Shown: in pieces, positions 63,901-64,000 of the stretch
Numbering within the stretch: the first letter of the stretch is position 1
Layout of the letters: each line of letters starts with the position of its first letter
Origin: Octopus sinensis
Lineage: Eukaryota
Assembly: GCF_006345805.1 (NCBI RefSeq)
Contig: NC_043000.1
Location: 63,798,001-63,862,000 of the forward strand
Length of the DNA stretch: 64,000 nt
Direction of reading: 5' to 3'
Program-made: the position numbers and the translations under genes
The notes under the pieces: generated by a model
What the model saw: only the letters and a program-made list of their open reading frames with translations
Told to the model about the DNA's origin: nothing
Databases searched by the model: none

Positions 63901-64000
63901 TTTTTATCTTTAATTAGCAGAAAGCTACAAACATGACTCAAAGGCCATGTGTTTCATTGCCACACAAAACTCCACTCTAGTTGCTTTTATAACTTTCTGG

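Noticed and set aside
53400-64000. A second host gene in the distal part of the window
   Set aside because: The ORFs there are SINE, microsatellite or RTE translations, and I found no phase-consistent exon chain on either strand. Small exons of a neighbouring gene cannot be excluded.

Overview
AT-rich, repeat-dense eukaryotic DNA. The SINE/RTE repertoire and (GAT)n tails look like an octopus/coleoid cephalopod genome; this is recognition from memory, not a database result. One host gene is supported: a + strand gene with six coding exons (14108-14668, 21613-21797, 26194-26252, 35673-35869, 41733-41848, 49960-50095). All five GT-AG introns have matching phases and give an uninterrupted 417-aa protein with a predicted coiled-coil core and an acidic tail, for which I recognise no family. 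A candidate promoter with an RFX X-box and a non-coding first exon lies near 5.2-5.4 kb. The rest is mostly transposon-derived: a Tc1 (IR/DR type) nested in a hAT MITE, two mariners, piggyBac derivatives, Helitrons, an 856-bp foldback element, RTE, CR1 and Tx1 LINE fragments, and two tRNA-derived SINE families. The strongest leads are the unannotated, possibly RFX-driven gene; a SINE whose 3' tail matches the 3' end of the Tx1 LINE in this window; that Tx1 insertion apparently primed by 13 nt of self-homology; the foldback element; a PHD finger inside the RTE reverse transcriptase; and a dimeric minisatellite in the RTE 3' UTR. No CRISPR array, rRNA, intact tRNA or prokaryotic system was found, and most short ORFs in the supplied track are spurious or TE debris.
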